The notes under the pieces: generated by a model
What the model was told of the DNA's origin: nothing
The model's database searches: none
Seen by the model: the letters and a program-made list of their open reading frames with translations, nothing else
Translations under genes and position numbers: made by a program
From: Octopus bimaculoides
Lineage: Eukaryota
NCBI RefSeq assembly: GCF_001194135.2
Contig: NC_069002.1
Coordinates: 9,280,414-9,332,244 of the forward strand
Length of the DNA: 51,831 nucleotides
Direction: 5' to 3'
Part shown: positions 44,991 through 51,831 of the stretch, piece after piece
Layout of the letters: every line of letters begins with the position of its first letter
How positions within the stretch are numbered: position 1 is the stretch's first letter

Positions 44991-45606
44991 ATGCATATGG
45001 ACGAGGACAGCTGTGTAAAGAAGTGCTCATCTCTAACTGTGGAGGGAGTCTCTGATAGAAGTAGACCCAGGAAGACAGGGGAGGAAGTGGTGAAGTATGC
45101 TTTTTGAACTTTGGGCCTCACTGACAAGTGACTGAGACCTTTGGCGATATGCTGTGCTTGAGAAGACCCATGAAGCCAAGTGAAATCATAGTCGTGGCTG
45201 ATGCTGGTGTCATGTAACTGGCACCTGTGCCAATGGCACATAAAAAGCACCTTTTGAACGTTGGGCCTCATGGAGGCAAAGTGGCTGATGCCGGTGGCAT
45301 GTGAAAGGCTCCTTTCTAGTGTGGGGCCCTCACAGAGACAATGACTGAGACCTTTAGCATTATGCCGTGCTTTAGAAGACCCATCAAGCCAAGTAAAATC
45401 AGTCATGGCAGATACTGGCATCATACAAATGGCACCTGTGTCGGTGGTTCGTAAAAGTACCCATTACATTCTCAGAGAGGTTGGTATTAGCTGTAGAAAC
45501 TATGCCAAATCAGACTGGAATCTGGTGCAGCCTTCCAGCCTTGCCAGCCCAGGTCAAACTGTCCAACCCATGCCAGCATGGACAACGGGTGTTAAATGAT
45601 GATGAT
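44991..45606 (+). mobile_element. 5'-truncated RTE-clade LINE (ORF C-terminus + 3' UTR + (GAT)n tail)
   Basis: Peptide HMDEDSCVKKCSSLTVEGVSDRSRPRKTGEEVVK resembles the RTE ORF end (xMxxxxxVK...EG.R.RGRPRKTW); it is followed by an internally repeated UTR and the family A tail. Confidence 0.7.
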
Positions 45607-45976
45607 GTATGTACACATATACGCATATATTTTAAATCTTGCATACAGGCTCATCCCCTGCAAGCCTCTCTAGCTGAGCATCCCTAATCTTGCAGGCTTG
45701 TAAGTTGCTGGTGCCACATAAAAAGCACCCATGCCGGTGCTGTAAAGTGGTTGATATTAAGGATGGTATCTAGCCGTAGAAACCATGCCAAAACAGACAT
45801 GGAGCCTGAACAACCCTTCAGCTGGTCAGCTCCTGTCAAACTGGCCAACCCATGCCAGCATGAAAAACAGACATTAAATGATGATGATGTAGATACATAT
45901 TTATGTATGTTTATATAAAAGAACAAAGTAGTCAGAAGTTGGTGAAATATTGTTTATTATATATTATTCTTCATAG

Positions 45977-47199
45977 AACTTCTCAAAATGTGTGGGTTAC
46001 TGCATACAGGGATTTCACTGTGTGTGTGGTGAAGAAATGTCAGCTATTTATTGAAGAATGTGAAGAATTCAAATATTCTCAACAAACTTGTTTATTTGAA
46101 TCTAGGGAATTGGTCAAAGAACAAGTTCTGGGACTAATCAATGATGTGGTTTGTTGATCTGAATCTAACGCTCTGTTCTGAAGCATATGCATAGTGAGTC
46201 CTACATCAGGTTATTAGAATCACAATACCTAAATGAAATACACACACACACGCGCACTATAAACTCACGCTCAACTCATTTTTCTTTCATTTATGCCAGT
46301 TATTTCAGATATAAATGCATTCTATACTTTTTTTGTCTATCTTGTTCTTTTAGTGACAAAGCAAAGCAACTACTGTGCTGTTGATGCTTATTGAGGCAGA
46401 AACATGAGTTCACAGTTGTTTTCCTTTCTCCAGACAACGAGACATCATCTTCCTCAAGGGTGAGTCAATTTTGGAGAACTCTGCATTTATGTGATTCTCT
46501 CCTCCACTGCTACCCCTTATCAGGTCACAGTTACCATCAAATCACTGCACTTTCAGTAAATCAATAATTCATCTGAGCATTACAGGAACGAGCAAAAGAA
46601 GAGTCATCAAGTGAAAACACAGAGGCTGTTGAGAAAGCACTGAGATGACTCTGATTGAGAAGAAGAAATCAGTAGGGTCAATATAATACAGCTTGGACAC
46701 AGGTCTAAGTTTGCTTGGCCTTGGTTGGGTCACCTGGATGAAGGTGTACTAAAACATCCACTGACCACATGTGCAAGCATTGCATCTATAGGTGTAGGTT
46801 TAACTTTAACTGTCATGTATACAACTTGAACTGACGCACATATCAGTACATAAACATACATTCACATGTACATACATATGCACACACACACACACACACA
46901 AACACGTCTACACACTTACCCTATTACTCACGTACATCCATAAGTACATACGTGCATACTCACATACATACATATATACATACGTGTATAGGCATGCACA
47001 CATGCATACGCATGTACACAGATGCATACGCGCACACATGTACACGCACATACATACATACATACATACATACACATGTACATATATATCATGAACTAAC
47101 TATTACTTTCTCAGATGCAGCACAGAATTTTGTCAGTGAACAGGTCGCGGTCTCAAAGCGACGAAAATATTTTGACAAATTAAATTTAAATGTTGAAGT
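45977..47199 (+). other. Candidate orphan + strand exons (45977-46148, 46434-46459, 46586-46643, 47115-47197) of an unidentified transcript
   Basis: Non-repetitive segments bounded by plausible splice sites (ttcttcatag|...|gtttgt; ttcctttctccag|26 nt|gtgagt; ctttctcag|). No homology recognised and the frame linkage is ambiguous. Confidence 0.25.
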
Positions 47200-48091
47200 N
47201 NNNNNNNNNNNNNNNNNNNNNNNNNNNNNNNNNNNNNNNNNNNNNNNNNNNNNNNNNNNNNNNNNNNNNNNNNNNNNNNNNNNNNNNNNNNNNNNNNNNN
47301 NNNNNNNNNNNNNNNNNNNNNNNNNNNNNNNNNNNNNNNNNNNNNNNNNNNNNNNNNNNNNNNNNNNNNNNNNNNNNNNNNNNNNNNNNNNNNNNNNNNN
47401 NNNNNNNNNNNNNNNNNNNNNNNNNNNNNNNNNNNNNNNNNNNNNNNNNNNNNNNNNNNNNNNNNNNNNNNNNNNNNNNNNNNNNNNNNNNNNNNNNNNN
47501 NNNNNNNNNNNNNNNNNNNNNNNNNNNNNNNNNNNNNNNNNNNNNNNNNNNNNNNNNNNNNNNNNNNNNNNNNNNNNNNNNNNNNNNNNNNNNNNNNNNN
47601 NNNNNNNNNNNNNNNNNNNNNNNNNNNNNNNNNNNNNNNNNNNNNNNNNNNNNNNNNNNNNNNNNNNNNNNNNNNNNNNNNNNNNNNNNNNNNNNNNNNN
47701 NNNNNNNNNNNNNNNNNNNNNNNNNNNNNNNNNNNNNNNNNNNNNNNNNNNNNNNNNNNNNNNNNNNNNNNNNNNNNNNNNNNNNNNNNNNNNNNNNNNN
47801 NNNNNNNNNNNNNNNNNNNNNNNNNNNNNNNNNNNNNNNNNNNNNNNNNNNNNNNNNNNNNNNNNNNNNNNNNNAAAAAAAAAAAAAAAAAAAAAAATTA
47901 CCATCCAGAATTTGAACTCCTAATCATGGATATGGTCAACAGTCTCTATACACTTAACCTCACAGCCAGTATATCTTTTAATGACAATGAGAAAAATAAA
48001 AAACTAAAAAAATAGATACCATGTGAATGAGAATGGTCAATATTCTTTTTAATAGGAAATGAAAAGTAGAAAAATGTTACAAAAAAAAAAA

Positions 48092-48371
48092 CTAAATAAA
48101 ATAAATCAACCGGAACCAATATTGGGTTGCTAATAACAGACCCTTTATCCATATGACCCAAGCTGGTAGTGCTTGAGATTGTTCCACAAAAGATTTGCTA
48201 TTAGTGTAGCCATGTTCTACACATGCAAGACTTTCAATATCAGGAATCACAATAAAACCAAATGTCTTGGCAGGCAGCCTAACTGTGTTGTTGTGAATAA
48301 TTTGCGGTTCCAATGATGGTAATTCACCGTCTGGTTCCAAGCGAAGGTGTTTACCATTTAGGCTGACAGAA
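48092..48371 (-). CDS. HPSE: Heparanase-like last exon (G)SVSLNGKHLRLEPDGELPSL...ESLACV plus 41-aa extension
   Basis: cttttacag|T TCT GTC; open to TAG at 48094-48092. Confidence 0.88.
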
Positions 48372-51220
48372 CTGTAAAAGACAGGCAGACATCATTGGGT
48401 AAAATACAGAATAGAATTAAAATTTAAAAAAAAAAAGTAATAATAAACTTAGTTATTTAATCAGGTGTAGGTGCAGTTTGAACTCAGAACATAAAGCTGC
48501 TAAACATTTTGTCCAATATGCTTACATTTGTACCAGCTCGCTGCTTTTTTACAAAGTATTACACAGTATTCATTCAATGCTTATTGCTGAAAATTACACA
48601 GAAATTTGTTCTCAGTTAATTTTATAAAAATAGCTGTATAAAATGTTGTTGTTGGCACTCCGTCGCTTACGACGACAAGAGTTCCAGTCGATCCGATCAA
48701 CGGAACAGCCTGCTCGTGAAATTAACGTGCAAGTGGCTGAGCACTCCACAGACACGTGTACCCTTAACGTAGTTCTCGGGGATATTCAGCGTGACACAGT
48801 GTGACCCTTTTGAATTACAGGCACAACAGAAACAAGAAGAAAGAGTGAGAGAAAGTTGTGCTGGAAGAGTACAGCAGGGTTCGCCACCATCTCCTGCCGG
48901 AGCCTTGTGGAGTTTTTAGGTGTTTTCGCTCAATAAACACTCACAACGCCCAGTCTGGGAATCGAAACCGCGATCCTATGACCGCGAGACCGCTGCCCTA
49001 ACCACTGGGCCATTGTGCCTCCTGTATAAAATAATGATGCACATAACAACAGAGGTGGCCTGTTTTTACCTTGATGCTGTTGCTGTGTGTACCTGGTGAT
49101 GAAGGACCAAGGTAAGGGGAGAAATGCAACTCTAACAGCTAATTCAGATGGCTGGATTAGATGTTAGAGTTGCAGGTGCTGGCACAGGAGTGCGACAGTT
49201 GAACTGCTACTTCTCTGCATTGTGAGGTCACAATTCTGGCACTGCAGACATGAGATTAGAATGTTGCAGGAAAAAATTGCAAAACGGATTCTTCAAGCTG
49301 AGACAAATGACAGGAAACCCAGAAGTAGCTCAAGAATAACTATATTCTCAGTTGATTATGCTGGAGAATCCAGGAACAAAGTGTAATGACAATGGTCTCT
49401 GACAGGATCCTATGGAGGAGATGCTTGGGGATTCTACCCCTACAACCCTCCCAGGAATAGCAGGCAGAGAAGATGGCTGGCTTGCTAGTTTTATCAAAAT
49501 TAGTGGGTCTCAAATATTCTAAAGGTACTGCTGTCACAACCACAACACATAAAGCAATAAGAAATGTCAAAGCCTACCCAGAGAGCAGCCCATCAGGTCC
49601 ATAAGGTTCCAGCAGATAGAAGTGGATGGGTTTGGAAGAAGACACTTGGGGAAGAGTGACAACAACATCTACGGAATGAAGGTTCATTGCGTACAATGTC
49701 ACTGATTGATTGATGGATAAACTGTAAAAAAAAAAAAAAAGAAGAGATTAAATTAGTATGTATGAGAATTGATACAAAATAACATAAATGCATAATTACT
49801 GTAACTTACACACACACACACACACAATTGTGTAAATTACTGTAACATTAATTACTGTATTCAGATTATTTTGCTAAAATGTAAAATGAGTAAACTTCTG
49901 TTTCCTGATGCCATTTTCTTGTTTATATCTTAACCACAAGATAATCAAGCTTTGAAATTGAACTTAGTTTTTCGGATTTTTTAGCAAATGAAAATGGCCA
50001 CTCCTGCATTTGAAGCTTTCCTTCAAGAAATCTTGTTTGATTCTGACTCAAATGGACGATTTTGAAGGATATACCCATGCAGATATCAATGGTGAAATTA
50101 TTTGAGGTGATGATGAGGACGTAAACTGTGCTTAGAGTTATATTGAGAACGATGTACTGAGCAGATACTATCATCCAAGACTGGCTAATTTAAGGAAAGT
50201 ACTGACCCCAAGGAGGTACATTTCTGAGGGGCAACTCTTTCGTTTATTCCTTAATGCATTACAGAAAAATATTATTTATCCATTCCTTTATTAGTATACC
50301 AAAAAAAATCGAGTCTGTTGACACAATACAGGAGCATGGCTCAGTGGTTAGAGTGTTAGGCTCATGGTCATGAGGTAGTGAGTTCGATTCCTGGACTGGG
50401 CTGTTGTTGTATTCTTGAGCAAGACACTTTATTTCATATTGCTCCAGTTCACTCAGCTGTAGAAATGAGCTGTGACGTCACTGGTGCTAAGCTGTATCAA
50501 CATTTGCTTTTCCCTTGGATAACATCAGTGACATGGAAACGGGAATCTGGTATGCATGGGCGACTGCTGGTCTTCCGTAAACATCTTTGCCCGGACTTGT
50601 GCTTCAGAGGGGAACTTTCTAGGTGCAATACCATGCTTATTCATGACCGAAGAGGGGTCTTTGTCCTTTTAACTTGACACACAATACAATGAAGGTTATA
50701 ACAATTTTAAAACAGTAGGTGCTCATGTCTTTTTGTTTCCTCAAAAATAATACAGTGACAGGGGAAACTGTTCTAGGGACAAATCAGTGTGCTAAAGGTA
50801 AAGTGTTATCTGCAGTACTCACCTTTGGTCCTTAGAACAATGTGCATAAACACGCAACCTGTGGTCCAAATCTGTGTAGCTCACCTGAAGCACTTTCTTT
50901 CCAACAAGTCTCTTATACAGAAGACTCAGCCAGTAATCCTGAAAGAAAGAAAGTAAAACAAAAAAAGAGGACAGTGGGTTAAAATGGGTTAAACATTTTG
51001 TCCAGCATACTAACGATTCTGTCAGCATGCTGTCTTTATTGCACAGGTAATATAACACTTGTGTTTGCTAAAGAAACTCCCTAAAGAAAAGAATTGCGTA
51101 CTCACTGGTTGAGGATCAAGAGTCCAGAAGTTCAGCAATGCATAACTCCCTTTATAAAATGTCTGCCTCATTACCACTTTAGCCCCTTTGCGAGCTGACA
51201 TTCCTAGCTTGTCCATCCAC
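48092..51220 (-). CDS. HPSE: Heparanase-like glycoside hydrolase family 79, last four exons (51106-51220, 50823-50938, 49578-49721, 48092-48371); 5' part lies beyond the window
   Basis: Joined peptide WMDKLGMSARKGAKVVMRQTF..G.Y.L...DPQP|DYWLSLLYKRLVG.KVL...LRVYAHC|..VTLYAMNLH...YLLEPYGPDGLLS|GSVSLNG..L.L....LP.L......RLPAKTFGFIVI...LAC matches the recalled heparanase C-terminal half. Phases 2/0/2/2 are consistent. Exact orthology to HPSE versus another GH79 paralogue cannot be resolved here. Confidence 0.9.
48645..49021 (-). mobile_element. Full-length family D SINE in the last heparanase intron
   Basis: 11-bp TSD CTGTATAAAAT at 48634-48644 and 49022-49032; A/B-box-like head TGGCCCAGTGGTTAGGG...GGTTTCGATTCCC. 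Confidence 0.88.
49578..49721 (-). CDS. HPSE: Heparanase-like exon (S)LSINQSVTLYAMNLH...FYLLEPYGPDGLLS
   Basis: tttttttacag|T TTA ... TCT GG|gtaggc. This frame is not in the ORF track. Confidence 0.9.
50331..50672 (+). mobile_element. Full-length tRNA-derived SINE family E
   Basis: TGGCTCAGTGGTTAGAG A-box and GAGTTCGATTCC B-box; conserved central TTGAGCAAGACACTTTATTTCA..TTGCTCCAGTTCACTCAGCTG block. Confidence 0.8.
50823..50938 (-). CDS. HPSE: Heparanase-like exon DYWLSLLYKRLVGKKVLQVSYTDLDHRLRVYAHCSKDQ
   Basis: ctttcag|GAT ... CAA AG|gtgagt. Confidence 0.92.
51106..51220 (-). CDS. HPSE: Heparanase-like exon WMDKLGMSARKGAKVVMRQTFYKGSYALLNFWTLDPQP
   Basis: aacttccag|G TGG ... CCA|gtgagt. Confidence 0.92.
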
Positions 51221-51831
51221 CTGGAAGTTTAGATTTAAAAAAAAAATAAAGTAAAATAAAATAAAACAAAAAGACAGTTTAACTCTTTAGCCTTCAGATT
51301 ACTCCGTCAAATGTATTGCTTACTTATTCATATTGTTTTGAACTAGTCATGCGTTATTCCATAGCTTTGAGATTTCAATGATGTGACTATTTCTTTTATG
51401 ACATTGTAGGATAGGTGTGAAAAGCTAGATCTGGCTGGTTTGTACGTAAAACAGGTGGAATATTTTGACCAGATGTGACTGGTTCAAATGCTACAGAGTT
51501 AAAATGACAAAAGCATTATAAGGGGAAAAAAACGACACATATATTAGAAAGAAAAAAGGAAAAAGCCAACTAGCTGTGTGGTTAAAATATATATACTTCA
51601 CAACCACATGGTTCTGGGTTCAATCCCACAATATGGCATCTTGGGTAGATGTTATCCATTAAGGCCTCAGGTTGATATATGCTTATTAGAAAGAAAAAAG
51701 GAAAAAGCTAACTAGGCATGGCTGTGTGGTTAAGATATATATACTTCACAACCACATGGTTCTGGGTTCAATCCCACAATATGGCATCTTGGGTAGATGT
51801 TATCCATTAAGGCCTCAGGTTGATATATGCT

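Noticed and set aside
3179-47923. Long X-filled ORFs (e.g. 3179-3855, 14038-15309, 36489-37180, 43715-44748, 46952-47923)
   Set aside because: They are read-through of N-gaps plus microsatellite or SINE flanks; no coding evidence.
49330-49640. Initially looked like a decayed RTE ORF end on the + strand
   Set aside because: 49578-49721 is a heparanase exon on the minus strand, and the remainder shows no convincing RT motifs.
49985-50160. MATPAFEAFLQEILFDSDS...FEGY, like an acidic transposase N-terminus
   Set aside because: Frameshifted and short, with no terminal repeats found; insufficient support.
6067-50400. tRNA-like A/B boxes at many positions
   Set aside because: All are heads of SINEs, with no complete cloverleaf or tRNA gene recognisable.
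51543-51831. ~140-148-bp tandem duplication at the window end
   Set aside because: SINE-head fragment duplicated almost identically at the edge of the window; cannot distinguish a real duplication from an artefact.

Overview
Gapped, AT-rich, SINE-dense animal genomic DNA. The repeat landscape and intron style suggest an octopus or other coleoid cephalopod, which is my inference. Reading the sequence by hand for splice sites and reading-frame phase gives three spliced genes, most of whose exons are missing from the ORF track. (1) TEX2 (ER-anchored PH-like + SMP lipid-transfer protein), + strand. Its 5' end is lost in an N-gap, and it has TWO paralogous phase-0 terminal exons (16840-16953 and 21169-21267). 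(2) A complete 20-coding-exon ORC3, - strand, 43394 to 26041. The CDS is 2151 nt (716 aa), all phases are consistent, one intron is GC-AG, and the gene is convergent with TEX2. (3) The last four exons of a heparanase-like GH79 gene, - strand, 51220 to 48092. It continues 41 aa past the usual heparanase end into a hydrophobic tail. The rest is tRNA-derived SINEs (including nested insertions with target-site duplications, TSDs), RTE-LINE 3' ends, TTAA-flanked MITEs, a deleted mariner, several foldbacks (one family carries a hammerhead-like motif), micro/minisatellites and 14 N-gaps. The long X-filled ORFs are gap artefacts. The strongest leads are the duplicated TEX2 last exon and the possibly membrane-anchored heparanase. 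All family assignments come from recalled motifs, not database searches.
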